A stretch of DNA of 35,631 nucleotides from Desulfonatronovibrio sp. (GTDB lineage Bacteria > Desulfobacterota > Desulfovibrionia > Desulfovibrionales > Desulfonatronovibrionaceae): NCBI GenBank assembly GCA_046260325.1, contig JBHEPK010000003.1, forward strand, positions 1 through 35,631. The letters are read 5' to 3'. How positions within the stretch are numbered: position 1 is the stretch's first letter; every line of letters begins with the position of its first letter. The notes beneath the pieces were generated by a model that saw nothing but the letters and a program-made list of their open reading frames with translations, did no database searches and was not told the DNA's origin. Position numbers and translations under genes: made by a program. Shown here in pieces: positions 1 through 10,528 of the stretch.

Positions 1-636
1 GAATATATCATCAAGGCCATTGAGGAAGCAGGATATCAGCCAGGACCAGAAATAGCTCTGGCCATTGATGCTGCAGCCTCTGAATTCTACAAAGACGGCA
101 AGTACCATTTCAAGGGTGAAAAACTGATTATGTCAGTAGAGGAAATTATTGAATATTATCAACAGATGGCTGGAAAATTTCCCATCCTGTCCATTGAAGA
201 TGGACTGGCAGAAGGTGACTGGGAAGGATGGCGCAAATTCACCTCACTTACTGAAGACAGCCTGCAGATTGTTGGTGATGATATTTTTGTTACCAATCCA
301 GGCATTCTGGCAGAAGGAATATCCACTGGTGTGGCTAATTCCATTCTTATTAAGCTTAATCAGATCGGCACACTCACTGAAACTTTAGATACTATTGAAA
401 TGGCCAAATCAGCGGCCTATTCAACTGTTATTTCCCACCGTTCAGGCGAAACAGAAGACTCGTTTATTGCGGATCTTGCTGTGGGCACTAATGCAGGCCA
501 GATCAAAACAGGCTCCCTGTCCCGCAGCGACCGCCTGGCCAAATACAACCAGCTTCTGCGCATTGAGGAAGAGCTTGACGATCAGGCCATTTATTTTGGT
601 CCTGCAGTAGCCCTTCAATGGTTTGGTGAGGAATAG
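1..636 (+). CDS. eno: Enolase, C-terminal part (5' end outside window)
   Basis: Frame is open from base 1 ([28 protein letters not shown]). Enolase motifs [53 protein letters not shown]. Confidence 0.98.
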   Translation, partial: EYIIKAIEEAGYQPGPEIALAIDAAASEFYKDGKYHFKGEKLIMSVEEIIEYYQQMAGKFPILSIEDGLAEGDWEGWRKFTSLTEDSLQIVGDDIFVTNPGILAEGISTGVANSILIKLNQIGTLTETLDTIEMAKSAAYSTVISHRSGETEDSFIADLAVGTNAGQIKTGSLSRSDRLAKYNQLLRIEEELDDQAIYFGPAVALQWFGEE

Positions 637-638
637 TC

Positions 639-1487
639 ATGTTTATTCTGGATGGAAAAGCAGCTTCTGCTAAACTCAGAGAAAGACTCAAAGATGAAAT
701 AGAAGTTTTGTTGCACAAGGCCGGACGTCCACCAGGATTAGCGGTAATCCTGGTGGGGGAGGATCCTGCTTCAGCTATCTATGTACGCAACAAAGAAAAA
801 AATTGTAAAGAAACAGGAATCATTTCCAAGGCGTATAAACTTCCGGCTGATATTTCCCAGGTAGAACTGGAAGAGCTCATTATGAGACTCAATTCCGATG
901 ACGAGATTGATGGGATACTGCTTCAGCTTCCACTGCCCAGGCATCTCAATTCTCAAAAATGTCTTGAGCTTATTAAGCCAGCCAAAGATGTGGATGGATT
1001 CCATCCTGAAAATGTAGGCAAGCTCACCCTGGGACTGCCTGGTTTCCGTTCCTGTACACCAGCTGGAATAATGGCTCTTATCCAGGAATACCAGCAGGAT
1101 GTATCCGGTAAAGACTGCGTAGTAGTGGGCAGGAGCAATATTGTGGGCAAACCTCTTGCACTGATGCTTTTATCCCAGAACGCCACAGTAACCATCTGTC
1201 ATTCCAGAACAGCAGACCTCAAAAGTCACGTTCAGAAGGCTGATTTTATTTTTGCTGCTGTTGGTATCCCGGCGTTTATCACTGGCGATATGGTCAAACC
1301 AGGAGCTGTGGTTGTTGATGTGGGAATAAACAGGACAGATGATGGACTGGTGGGTGACTGCGATTTTCAGGGAATCCAGCACAAGGCAGCAGCCATGACT
1401 CCGGTTCCCGGCGGGGTAGGCCCCATGACCATTGCCCTGCTTTTAAAAAATACAGTCAGCTCATGGAAAAGCAGAAAAAAACTTTAA
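639..1487 (+). CDS. folD: Bifunctional methylenetetrahydrofolate dehydrogenase/cyclohydrolase
   Basis: Motifs PGLAVILVG, YVRNK, GILLQLPLP, KDVDGFHP, CTPAGI, GRSNIVGKP, TPVPGGVGPMT. Confidence 0.98.
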   Translation: MFILDGKAASAKLRERLKDEIEVLLHKAGRPPGLAVILVGEDPASAIYVRNKEKNCKETGIISKAYKLPADISQVELEELIMRLNSDDEIDGILLQLPLPRHLNSQKCLELIKPAKDVDGFHPENVGKLTLGLPGFRSCTPAGIMALIQEYQQDVSGKDCVVVGRSNIVGKPLALMLLSQNATVTICHSRTADLKSHVQKADFIFAAVGIPAFITGDMVKPGAVVVDVGINRTDDGLVGDCDFQGIQHKAAAMTPVPGGVGPMTIALLLKNTVSSWKSRKKL

Positions 1488-1496
1488 TGGCTTTAT

Positions 1497-1560
1497 AAAA
1501 TCCGGAAACCTGACCCCAGTATATTTAAAACATCTGGGCTGTCGGATTTCCGGATTTTTT
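1497..1560. terminator. Long hairpin, probable bidirectional terminator between convergent folD and MEMO gene
   Basis: AAAATCCGGAAA-CCTGAC-CCCAG...CTGGG..GTCGG.TTTCCGGATTTT inverted repeat with A/T tails. Confidence 0.7.
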
Positions 1561-1563
1561 ATA

Positions 1564-2373
1564 TCAACTGATAACAACACCTGCGTATCCCACCACTTTA
1601 GAAAAATCTCTATTAACCTCTCCTGATGTAGAATAATCAGCAAGCTCTGCTTTTCTGGCTCCAAGGGATAAGGCGCAATACATACCCAAAACCATGGGCA
1701 GAATACCGCACATGGAAATTTTGTTTTCCATAACAACTTTATATAAACCCTCGGGATTAAGATCCAGAACCTGTTCAATAGCCAGGGCGTCTATTGTTTG
1801 GGCCTGTTCATGCGAAATGTAGTGGCTCATATCAGAGCTTATGATAAGTGAAACATCCAAGTTCAACTTATCAATTACCTGGGCCAGATTTTTCCCGGCT
1901 TCAGCCAGTACATCCAAACGTGACTCAGACACAGCAATGGGGACAATTGGAACATTACCCTTCATCACTCCCAGAAAAGGCAGAATCACTTCTAAGGAAT
2001 GTTCATGAATATGGGCCTGATAATCAGAGGAAAAACCGTTTATTCCCATTATTGAATCAGCCAGGCTGGAATCCACTGGAAAATCAAATCCCGGTATAAT
2101 CCACTTGCCATCAGGCCAGACAGAAATGCGCTCCCCCTGTCCAGTATGATTTGGTCCCAGAAGAATAAGCTTCTCAGCAAGATTTGCCCTGGCAAGGGTT
2201 TTACCGGCTGTGCTTCCGGAAAAAATATAACCTGCATGAGGAACCATGGTTAAAAATGTGCGATCTTCCATGGCTTTTCCTTGCAGATAACCTGATACAG
2301 TACTCAACAGATCTTTTTTGTTTCCAGGATAAAACTGGCCTGCAACCAATGGCTGTCTGTCCATAAAATCCAC
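1564..2373 (-). CDS. MEMO1 family protein (AmmeMemoRadiSam system protein B)
   Basis: RQPLVAGQFYP, PHAGYIFSG, GPNHTG, HEHSLEV, SSDMSHY, ISMCG, VVGYAG. Confidence 0.93.
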   Translation of the reverse strand: MDFMDRQPLVAGQFYPGNKKDLLSTVSGYLQGKAMEDRTFLTMVPHAGYIFSGSTAGKTLARANLAEKLILLGPNHTGQGERISVWPDGKWIIPGFDFPVDSSLADSIMGINGFSSDYQAHIHEHSLEVILPFLGVMKGNVPIVPIAVSESRLDVLAEAGKNLAQVIDKLNLDVSLIISSDMSHYISHEQAQTIDALAIEQVLDLNPEGLYKVVMENKISMCGILPMVLGMYCALSLGARKAELADYSTSGEVNRDFSKVVGYAGVVIS

Positions 2374-2449
2374 CTTTAATGACTATAAATTGCAATTATT
2401 CTGTAATTGTTTACCACGTTTCCAAGGACCCCATTATTCAGATACGCTG

Positions 2450-5212
2450 TTATGGTTTGTATTGTTCCGCCTCTCTTGTGAGACGCCTGGTATTAAGGTC
2501 TGACTCGGCCATCCTGCTGTACATATCATCGGGAAAATCTTTGATTATGTCGCCAAGAGTTTCTTCCCATTTCTCATACTGATGGTTAAGCCTGTACATT
2601 CTGGCCAGACGGTACTGAAATGCAGGCCAGTCAGGATCATCTTCGTCTATATAATTCTCGTATTCAAGAGCCCAGCCCAGAGCTTCCCTCACCCGGCCGG
2701 TATTGGAAGTGGAATCTATCAGCATATCAAGACATGTTTTAATACGCTGGATATTGGGGTCTTCCTGCTCCATAAACATGGCTAAGGATTCCTGGGCAAA
2801 TATGTAAGTATTTTGATAATCTTGTTTATCAAATGCATCCAAGGCAAGGTAAAACAGGGCAAAAGCCTTTTGACTCCCGGGAAAATCGGTTTCTACGGCC
2901 AATCTTCTCCACAGGGGCAGAGCCTCCTGTTCCCTTGCTGTATTCTGCAGCGCCAGAGCCTTGGCATAGTCCATCTGCAGTCTTTTATCTCTATTCAGAT
3001 CCCAGTCTTCAACTTGCTCAGCCAGTTCAAGAATAGCCTGCCAGTTGGCCGTATCAAGATAAATACTCAAAAGAAGCGAAAAAGCCCCCTGGTTATGTTC
3101 ATCAATTTCATCCTGCTGCAGAAAAGGCCCGGCCATATCTAAGGCTTCTTCCATCCTGTCTCTGTTCCAGTAAGAAGTGGCCAGCGCAAGACGATCCTCA
3201 TTGCTCAGATGCTCAGGATTTTCATTCAGATAATCATAATCTTCCCAGGTATCTATAATTTCCTGATAATTGCTTTCAGGATATTCCTGGGCCACCACAG
3301 CTGAAAATGCTTCAAATCCGACATCCAAGGCCCGGGGCCAGAGCTCTTTATGAGAATACCTTTCATAAAAAGTTTCTATGGCTTCTAAGGACTCCTGATA
3401 ATTAAAGTATCCATGGTGGATATCCCACATGGCAAGCTTAAGCAGAGCCACAGGAGCCAGGGGGCTATCTGGAAATTCATCGCTGATTCTTTTGTAAATG
3501 GCTCTTGGACGCATGGAAAAAGGACGGTCAAAATCACTGATTTCAGGATCATCATATATCCCCTCTTCTGCCAGGCGCATGGCTGCAATAAGGCCGCCTT
3601 CTTGATCAGGATACATGCGCACTGTCTGCTCATGCATATCCTTGGCTGCTTCCCTTTTATCCTGCAGAAGATAAATATCACCAATTCTGGCCATGGATAC
3701 AGCCACCTGATCTCCATCAGGTATCAGGTTGATGTAATGCAGGAATCTATTTCTCGCCTCATCTAACCTGTCATTGCGGTATAATATGTATCCTGAAAGA
3801 ATAAGAAAGTCAGGATCATCAATATAATTTCTGGGCCATCTACTTTCAATAAATTCCAGTATATCCAAGGACTGTTTGTGGAAGTCAAGCTCACTCAGGG
3901 CATGCGCAAGATTGACCGCAGCCGGCCTGACCAGTTCATCTTCAGGATATTCTTGAACAATATGTTCAAAATTATCAACAGCTTTTTGAAACTTTCCCTG
4001 CCGGGCATAGTAGTCCCCCCAATAATAGTAGGTAGATGGAACTGCTGGATCTTGAGGATATTCGTCCCGCAGAAGATTGAAGTAGCCCCTTGCTTCAGGC
4101 TCATTACCTACCTGGAGGTGAATGTAACCAAGATTTAAAAGGGCGTCAGGCAAACGCTCTGAATTAGGATCATAATTCATAGCCCGTTCAAAAGGTGCAA
4201 TAACATCGGTAAAATTATTTCTGAGGTCATTCCTGAACCTTTGAAAGTTGGCTTCTGCATAGGTATAAAGTGCATCTTCCAGATACTCAGCTGGCAGTTC
4301 AGGATCATCGATCAACTCTTCAAGAATATTTGCGGCTCCTTTGAAATCGCCTCCACTCATCATTGCCCTGGCAGCAAAAATCAATTCACCGTAATCTTCA
4401 GATTCGTCTGCAGGTTCATCAAGATCCGGCTGAAACTCTTCCTGGGCTTCAAGTGCACCCTCTTCCTCTAATATTCCATCTTCAATTATTTCTTCAGATG
4501 CGGTCTGAAGTTGATCAGGCTGAATATCCTGTGGCTCATCCCTTTGGATTCGCTGCATTATTCTTGATGATCCCTCCTCGGCTGCTGGTTCAACCTGACT
4601 GATATCCGGATCAAGCTGAATCATATCAGGAGGCTCATTTCTTTGAATGGGAGATCTTAACTTATATGCAGCCATAGGTGCAGGCTCTGAAGGAGATATT
4701 TCAGGATCTTCTTCCTGAACTTCCGGGAGAGGTGCAGGAATAAAAGGGGGAGGATCAGAACCGGCTTCTTCCTGAGGTTGGGGAGCAGGAGGCTCTATGC
4801 CTGAGTCAGGTTCCCATTGAGCGCCAAGGGGGTCACGAAAAATATCAACTATAATCTTATTTTCCTGAGGCTGACTATAGGAAATATAACCAAAGGCATT
4901 GGTATTTATTTTAATTTTAAAAAGATTTGCTTCCACACCCACACCTTCAAAAAGCGTGGATCCGGAAAAAATACGCCCCGAGGGCATTTCAATATCTTCA
5001 ACAACTGATCCGGGCAGTTCAAGGGTCAATTCCTGTTTTCCTGTTCTGCTTACATCATAATTTACATCTGCCTCTTCTGTAAATTCAAAAACAAGTCTTT
5101 CATGCCCTGGATGACTTCCCCAGTAAAATTCCATGGAAAAGCCTTCCTGTCTCCAGCCGAGAAAACAGGCAGCAATAATGATACTGAAAAAGAATAGTCT
5201 TTTATGGGTCAT
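2450..5212 (-). CDS. Large exported tetratricopeptide-repeat protein (920 aa)
   Basis: N-terminal signal or TM segment, a beta-rich N-domain, an acidic Pro/Glu-rich linker, then many TPR-like repeats (e.g. DALLNLGYIHLQVGNEPEARGYFNLLRDEYP). Confidence 0.85.
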   Translation of the reverse strand: MTHKRLFFFSIIIAACFLGWRQEGFSMEFYWGSHPGHERLVFEFTEEADVNYDVSRTGKQELTLELPGSVVEDIEMPSGRIFSGSTLFEGVGVEANLFKIKINTNAFGYISYSQPQENKIIVDIFRDPLGAQWEPDSGIEPPAPQPQEEAGSDPPPFIPAPLPEVQEEDPEISPSEPAPMAAYKLRSPIQRNEPPDMIQLDPDISQVEPAAEEGSSRIMQRIQRDEPQDIQPDQLQTASEEIIEDGILEEEGALEAQEEFQPDLDEPADESEDYGELIFAARAMMSGGDFKGAANILEELIDDPELPAEYLEDALYTYAEANFQRFRNDLRNNFTDVIAPFERAMNYDPNSERLPDALLNLGYIHLQVGNEPEARGYFNLLRDEYPQDPAVPSTYYYWGDYYARQGKFQKAVDNFEHIVQEYPEDELVRPAAVNLAHALSELDFHKQSLDILEFIESRWPRNYIDDPDFLILSGYILYRNDRLDEARNRFLHYINLIPDGDQVAVSMARIGDIYLLQDKREAAKDMHEQTVRMYPDQEGGLIAAMRLAEEGIYDDPEISDFDRPFSMRPRAIYKRISDEFPDSPLAPVALLKLAMWDIHHGYFNYQESLEAIETFYERYSHKELWPRALDVGFEAFSAVVAQEYPESNYQEIIDTWEDYDYLNENPEHLSNEDRLALATSYWNRDRMEEALDMAGPFLQQDEIDEHNQGAFSLLLSIYLDTANWQAILELAEQVEDWDLNRDKRLQMDYAKALALQNTAREQEALPLWRRLAVETDFPGSQKAFALFYLALDAFDKQDYQNTYIFAQESLAMFMEQEDPNIQRIKTCLDMLIDSTSNTGRVREALGWALEYENYIDEDDPDWPAFQYRLARMYRLNHQYEKWEETLGDIIKDFPDDMYSRMAESDLNTRRLTREAEQYKP

Positions 5213-5342
5213 AATATCCAGGAGCAGGGAAATAACTGGTTTTTATCAGAAATTGGTACATGCTCACCATATTTTGATCTACAGCAGGCATGATTACTTT
5301 CCATTATAATGCAATAATCAGGCTATTATGAAAAAAATTGTG

Positions 5343-6338
5343 TTAGTTTAGTTTTTTCTTCTTAAGTTTTTCAATAAGTGTAGTCCGTTTTATCCCCAGA
5401 ATCTCTGCTGCCTGATTTTTTACCCCTTCAGCATTCTTGAGTGCTTCTATTAGAAGATTTTCTTCAATTTTATCAAGAAAATCCTTTAAATTCATCTTTT
5501 TGTCATTCATATCATTCAAGTTGGGCCAGTCAAAACTCCTAACCGCTGGAGTTTTGACTGGGACTTCAATCCCGCCTGCGGATAAAATCTTAGCTGGCAG
5601 ATCTTCCGGCATTATCTGCTGAGAGTCACAGAGAATAGTCATCCTCTCCATGAAATTCTCCAACTCCCTGACATTTCCAGGCCAGGAATAGTTCGTAAGA
5701 AGCTCTTTGGCCTCAGTTGATATAACAAGCTTTCTGCAGCCTGTTTTTTCACAAAACCTCTTAAGAAAGTACTCAGCAAGAAGCAGAACATCGCCTCCTC
5801 TGACCCTTAAAGGAGGAAGGACTATAGGAATTACATTCAGCCGGTAGTAAAGGTCTTCCCTGAAATTTCCTTTTTCAACTTCTTTTTCCAGATCCCTGTT
5901 GGTCGCTGCCACAACCCGCACATCGACCTTTTGAGACTTGCTTCCACCAACCCGCTCAAACTCTTTTTCCTGAATAAACCTCAGTATCTTTACCTGAAGA
6001 CTGAGATCCATTTCTCCAATTTCATCAAGAAATACAGTACCACCCTCGGCCAGTTCGAACCTGCCCGGCCGCGACCTTATGGCATGAGTAAAAGCACCTT
6101 TTTCGTGACCGAACAGCTCTGATTCAAGAAGCTCCTTAGGGATCGCACCGCAATTAATGGGTACAAATGGTTTCCCTGTCCTGGGGCTGTTTTTGTGCAG
6201 CGCTCGAACTAACAGCTCCTTGCCAGTTCCTGATTCACCAGTTACAAGAACAGTCGTATCTGTGGGCGCGACCTTGGATAGGATCTTAAACACATCTTCT
6301 AAGGCTGAGCTTTTGCCGATAATGCCAATTTTGTCCAT
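5343..6338 (-). CDS. Sigma54-dependent enhancer-binding activator without N-terminal sensory domain (FlrA/FleQ-like, inferred)
   Basis: Walker A GESGTGKE, ESELFGHEKGAFTHA, FLDEIGE, WPGNVREL and a Fis-type HTH (NQAAEILGIKRTTL). The protein starts directly at the AAA+ domain. Confidence 0.93.
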   Translation of the reverse strand: MDKIGIIGKSSALEDVFKILSKVAPTDTTVLVTGESGTGKELLVRALHKNSPRTGKPFVPINCGAIPKELLESELFGHEKGAFTHAIRSRPGRFELAEGGTVFLDEIGEMDLSLQVKILRFIQEKEFERVGGSKSQKVDVRVVAATNRDLEKEVEKGNFREDLYYRLNVIPIVLPPLRVRGGDVLLLAEYFLKRFCEKTGCRKLVISTEAKELLTNYSWPGNVRELENFMERMTILCDSQQIMPEDLPAKILSAGGIEVPVKTPAVRSFDWPNLNDMNDKKMNLKDFLDKIEENLLIEALKNAEGVKNQAAEILGIKRTTLIEKLKKKKLN

Positions 6339-6467
6339 ATTCCTTTATCCTTCTATACTTTGGGTCTCATACAAACTATCTGCTGTCAAAAGTATGACGG
6401 AAAGTCAATACATTTCCAGAAATTATCTCAGGTCTTTTAACTATTTTCCATCCGGAAGGGATCTCAT

Positions 6468-7175
6468 TTGAAAGATAACACACTTGGTCTGCCTGATAAC
6501 TGCTTTAAGGCTGTATTTCAAAAAAGAGAAAAAAGATTTATTATCCATGGCTTTAAAGATGATCAGCCCATATCCGCACATACCAACAATTCCGGGTCCA
6601 TGCTTGGACTGTTGCGCCCGGGCAGGGAAATGGTCCTGTCTATAGCTGAAAATCCGGATAGAAAACTCCCGTATACCCTGGAACTCATAAGACATGACAA
6701 TTTCTGGGTGGGAGTAAATACCCTTACTCCCAACAGAATGCTCAAGCTGGCCTGGCAAAACAGTCTTATCCCTGAATTTCAGGGTTATGAACAGTTCAGG
6801 CCTGAGGCCAGAGCAGGCCAGAGCAAACTTGACGCCTGTCTCCAGGGCACAAATGGAACTTTATGGGTGGAAGCCAAAAACGTTACCCTGGTGGAAGATG
6901 AACGGGCCTGTTTTCCCGATGCTGTAAGCAAACGGGCAACAAAACATATGTTTGAACTGATTTCCCTTGCAGAACAAGGGTACAGCATTGCCTGTTTTTA
7001 TTTGATTCAACGGCCTGATTGCCGCTGCTTTGGCCCGGCAGACTTTATTGATCCGGAATTTGCCCTGGCCCTCAAATCTGCTGAAGACAAAGGACTGAAG
7101 ATACTGGCCTATAAAACATATATTGATGATACTGGAATCAGCCTCGGGCAGAGACTGCCTGTTTTTTGGGGATAG
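6468..7175 (+). CDS. sfsA: DNA/RNA nuclease SfsA (sugar fermentation stimulation protein)
   Basis: R-x-KRF, HTNNSGSM, RKLPYTLE, VGVNT, WVEAKNVTL, FPDAVSKRATKH, DPEFA. TTG start. Confidence 0.92.
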   Translation: MKDNTLGLPDNCFKAVFQKREKRFIIHGFKDDQPISAHTNNSGSMLGLLRPGREMVLSIAENPDRKLPYTLELIRHDNFWVGVNTLTPNRMLKLAWQNSLIPEFQGYEQFRPEARAGQSKLDACLQGTNGTLWVEAKNVTLVEDERACFPDAVSKRATKHMFELISLAEQGYSIACFYLIQRPDCRCFGPADFIDPEFALALKSAEDKGLKILAYKTYIDDTGISLGQRLPVFWG

Positions 7176-7179
7176 TAAA

Positions 7180-8055
7180 TTGGAACATCAAAAAGCAGAA
7201 CATATCAGAGGTGTCATCTATATCTTAGTTGCTGCTCTTTTATGGGGATGCATCGGACCTGTGGCCAAGGTAGCCTTTTCCCAGGGACTCTCGCCCCTGG
7301 AAGTCGCTTTCTGGCGGGCTATTACCGGCTGGGCATTCTTTGCCTGCCACGCAGTACTCATCCAGAAGATCGGCATCCAAACCCGGGATTTTCCCCTCAT
7401 CCTGATATTTGCATTAATCTGTGTTACCGGATTTTATGGATCATATCAGCTTGCCGTAAACCTCGGAGGGGCTGCCAAAGCATCTGTACTACTTTATACA
7501 GCGCCAGCATGGGTTGCCATCTTGGCTCTTATCTTTCTTAGAGAAAGAATTACTATACAAGCCATCGGCGGAATAATTGCCTCTATGGCCGGAGTAATTC
7601 TAATTTCCATCTCCAGCGGAAATATCGGCGGACACAATTTTTCATGGGCTGGGATATTTTTCGGCCTCATGGCTGGATTCACCTATGCACTATATTATAT
7701 TTTCGGAAAAAAACTTTTTCCCCGTTATCAGGCCGTTACTGTCTTCTCCTGGATTCTCATTCTGGGCGCCTTATCTCTTGTCCCTTTTATTGAATTCACA
7801 ACACCAACCAAAACATCATGGCTTGCCCTGGTCTCTCTGGGTTTTTTATCTACCTATCTGGCCTATTTTTTCTATGCACGGGGACTTGTCCGTCTCAGGG
7901 CATCCCAGGCCGCTGTTATCGCCACCATGGAGCCTGTTGTTGCTGCTTTTCTGGCCTATCTGTTCTGGGAGGAAAACCTTGGAGTATGGGGATATGCCGG
8001 GGCCTTTCTCATTATAAGCGGAGTAATCATCCAAACTGTAAATAATTTGTTCTAA
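7180..8055 (+). CDS. EamA/DMT family transporter
   Basis: About 10 hydrophobic segments; LLYTAPAWV..L.ERIT and ATMEPVVA..EE. Start moved from 7123 to the in-frame TTG at 7180, which follows the sfsA stop and has GGGGA upstream. Confidence 0.9.
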   Translation: MEHQKAEHIRGVIYILVAALLWGCIGPVAKVAFSQGLSPLEVAFWRAITGWAFFACHAVLIQKIGIQTRDFPLILIFALICVTGFYGSYQLAVNLGGAAKASVLLYTAPAWVAILALIFLRERITIQAIGGIIASMAGVILISISSGNIGGHNFSWAGIFFGLMAGFTYALYYIFGKKLFPRYQAVTVFSWILILGALSLVPFIEFTTPTKTSWLALVSLGFLSTYLAYFFYARGLVRLRASQAAVIATMEPVVAAFLAYLFWEENLGVWGYAGAFLIISGVIIQTVNNLF

Positions 8056-8135
8056 AAAATCATTGTTGACTCTTGCCTGTTTTTGGTGAAATGGGTCATC
8101 TTCAGTGAGAATCCACCAAGACATGGAGCAGACCA

Positions 8136-9827
8136 ATGAAATTCATTCCTTCAGTTCTCCTTTATTTTTTTCAGAACAAAAAAGCCAAAGCCAATGTCAA
8201 GTCCCTGATTAAATTCCTTATGATTCTTTTTGGCCTGATAATTTTCTATACTTTTGCATTTCATTATATCAAAGCATGGGAAGGAGAGGAATATTCTCTC
8301 ATATCTGGACTTTACTGGACTCTCGTTACCATGAGCACCCTGGGCTACGGTGACATTGTCTTTACCACTGACCCTGGAAAATTATTTGCATCAATTGTAT
8401 TACTTTCAGGCGTGGTATTTCTGTTAGTCATGCTTCCCTTTACATTTATCCAGTTTTTTTATGCACCCTGGCTTGAAGCACAGAATAAAGCCCGTATAAC
8501 CAAAGAATTGACTTCCAGCACAGAAGGCCACGTACTTATAATCAACATGGATCCCTTATCAGCATCCCTTATTGATAAACTGAAGCAGTACGATTATCAC
8601 TATGCCATAATTACCCCAGACCAGCCCAGAGCCCTGGAATTGTCTGATCAGGGATACAATACTGTACTGGGTGACCTGGATGATATTGAAACATACCGCA
8701 AAACAAGGGCAGAAAAAGCAGCCCTGATTTTTTTCAATAGTGACGACCAGACCAATACCAATGCCACCTTCACTTTGAGAGAACTGACAAAAGAAGTAGA
8801 AATTATTACTTCTGCCGAGATGAAGGAATCTGTGGACATCTTAGAGCTGGCCGGAAGCAGTCAGGTTTACCAGTTTCCCAGAATGCTCGGCCGGGCCCTG
8901 GCCAGACGGGTTCTCGGAGTAAGCATGCACGCCAATATTATTGGCAGGTTCAATGATTTGCTCATTGCAGAAGCACCGGCCATGCGTACTCCCTTAGAAG
9001 GCAAGACCCTGCTTCAGAGTAAGCTCAGGGAAACCACGGGAGTAAACGTGGTGGGCATGTGGGAGCGAGGCAAATTCATTGCTGCTCTGCCTGATACCGA
9101 GATTACTTCAGACTCTGTTCTTGTTTTGGCAGGTTCGGAAAACCAGCTTGAAAAATATGATGATATTTACGGCATTTACAATCTGTCCTTTGCCCCGGTC
9201 CTTATACTTGGCGGAGGACGGGTAGGCAGGGCTGCAGCAGAAGCCTTAGATGAAAATGAGGTTGAATACAGAATAGTGGAAAAAAGTGCCCGTATTGTTG
9301 GTAAAAAGGAAAAATATATACTGGGAAATGCTGCAGATCTTTATATTCTTAAAAAGGCCGGGATTGATAAGGCACCATCAGTAATTATTACAACCAATAA
9401 TGATGATCTTAATATTTATCTGACTATATATTGTCGCAAACTCAAACCGGAGATACAGATCATCACCAGGGCCACAAGGGAAAGGAGTATTTCAAAGCTC
9501 CATCACGCAGGCGCTGACCTGGTCATGTCTTATGCGTCCATGGGGGCCAATACCATCATCAATCATCTCAAAGGTGATAATGTACTCATGGTAGCCGAAG
9601 GTCTGGATGTCTTCAAAGAAAAACTGCCTGAGTCCCTGCATGAAAAAACCCTGGCAGAAAGTGAAATCAGAAAAAAAACCGGATGCAGTGTTATTGCCAT
9701 TGATAAGGAAGGAGACATTAAAATCAACCCGGTTCCTGATACAGTTCTTGCCAAAGGTGATGAATTAATATTAATAGGTACCACTGAAGCTGAAGCTAAA
9801 TTTTTGAGTAACTTTGTCAAAAAATAA
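8136..9827 (+). CDS. Potassium channel with tandem RCK (TrkA-N/TrkA-C) domains
   Basis: Two TM segments with pore signature TMSTLGYGD, followed by two RCK_N/RCK_C pairs (GGGRVG Rossmann motif in the second). Confidence 0.92.
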   Translation: MKFIPSVLLYFFQNKKAKANVKSLIKFLMILFGLIIFYTFAFHYIKAWEGEEYSLISGLYWTLVTMSTLGYGDIVFTTDPGKLFASIVLLSGVVFLLVMLPFTFIQFFYAPWLEAQNKARITKELTSSTEGHVLIINMDPLSASLIDKLKQYDYHYAIITPDQPRALELSDQGYNTVLGDLDDIETYRKTRAEKAALIFFNSDDQTNTNATFTLRELTKEVEIITSAEMKESVDILELAGSSQVYQFPRMLGRALARRVLGVSMHANIIGRFNDLLIAEAPAMRTPLEGKTLLQSKLRETTGVNVVGMWERGKFIAALPDTEITSDSVLVLAGSENQLEKYDDIYGIYNLSFAPVLILGGGRVGRAAAEALDENEVEYRIVEKSARIVGKKEKYILGNAADLYILKKAGIDKAPSVIITTNNDDLNIYLTIYCRKLKPEIQIITRATRERSISKLHHAGADLVMSYASMGANTIINHLKGDNVLMVAEGLDVFKEKLPESLHEKTLAESEIRKKTGCSVIAIDKEGDIKINPVPDTVLAKGDELILIGTTEAEAKFLSNFVKK

Positions 9828-9832
9828 AACTC

Positions 9833-10528
9833 ATGCATAAACAACTTAAAGAAGGAATACATGAAGTAGTTATGGCTGTGATGCCCATAACCATCGTGGT
9901 AATAATGCTTCAGATCTTCCTGATCCACATGCCCTGGGAGCTTTTTTCCAGATTCCTCATCGGCGTGGTCATGGTTATGACCGGTTTGCTTCTTTTTCTC
10001 CAGGGAGTAAAATTAGGACTTTTGCCTATGGGTGAGGCCATTGGCGCGGAACTGCCCAAAAGAGGCTCCATGTTTTTCTTTTTGTTTTTTGCCTTTGTTC
10101 TCGGGTTTATGGTTACCCTGGCTGAGCCTGATGTCTGGGTGCTGGTGGGTTTTGTGGATTCAGTTTCTGAAGGACTGGTCAATCGCTATATATTGGTAGT
10201 TTCTGTTGCCCTGGGAGTAGGCATATTTGTCACCCTGGCCATGCTCAGGACCGTACTTAACATACCCATTGCCTACCTTCTGACAGGAGGATATATTGCT
10301 ATTCTGATCCTGTCTTTTTTTACTCCACCGGATTTTGTTCCCATTTCCTTTGATGCTGGAGGCGTTACCACCGGGCCGGTGACAGTTCCTTTTATCCTGG
10401 CCCTGGGCCTTGGTGTGGCAGCAGTACTCGGTGGCCGCTCATCCATTAATGACGGCTTTGGACTCATTGGGCTTGCATCCATCGGACCTGTACTCGGAGT
10501 GATGATCCTGGGGATAATTTACTCATGA
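9833..10528 (+). CDS. DUF1538 family membrane protein (copy 1)
   Basis: TLAEPD, FDAGGVTTGPVTVPFILALG, DGFGLIGLASIGP. Confidence 0.85.
   Translation: MHKQLKEGIHEVVMAVMPITIVVIMLQIFLIHMPWELFSRFLIGVVMVMTGLLLFLQGVKLGLLPMGEAIGAELPKRGSMFFFLFFAFVLGFMVTLAEPDVWVLVGFVDSVSEGLVNRYILVVSVALGVGIFVTLAMLRTVLNIPIAYLLTGGYIAILILSFFTPPDFVPISFDAGGVTTGPVTVPFILALGLGVAAVLGGRSSINDGFGLIGLASIGPVLGVMILGIIYS

Noticed and set aside
5310-5325. Sigma54 promoter for the TPR gene (TAGCCTGATTATTGCA on the minus strand)
   Set aside because: The -12 TTGCA fits, but the invariant -24 GG is AG, so it is not supportable.
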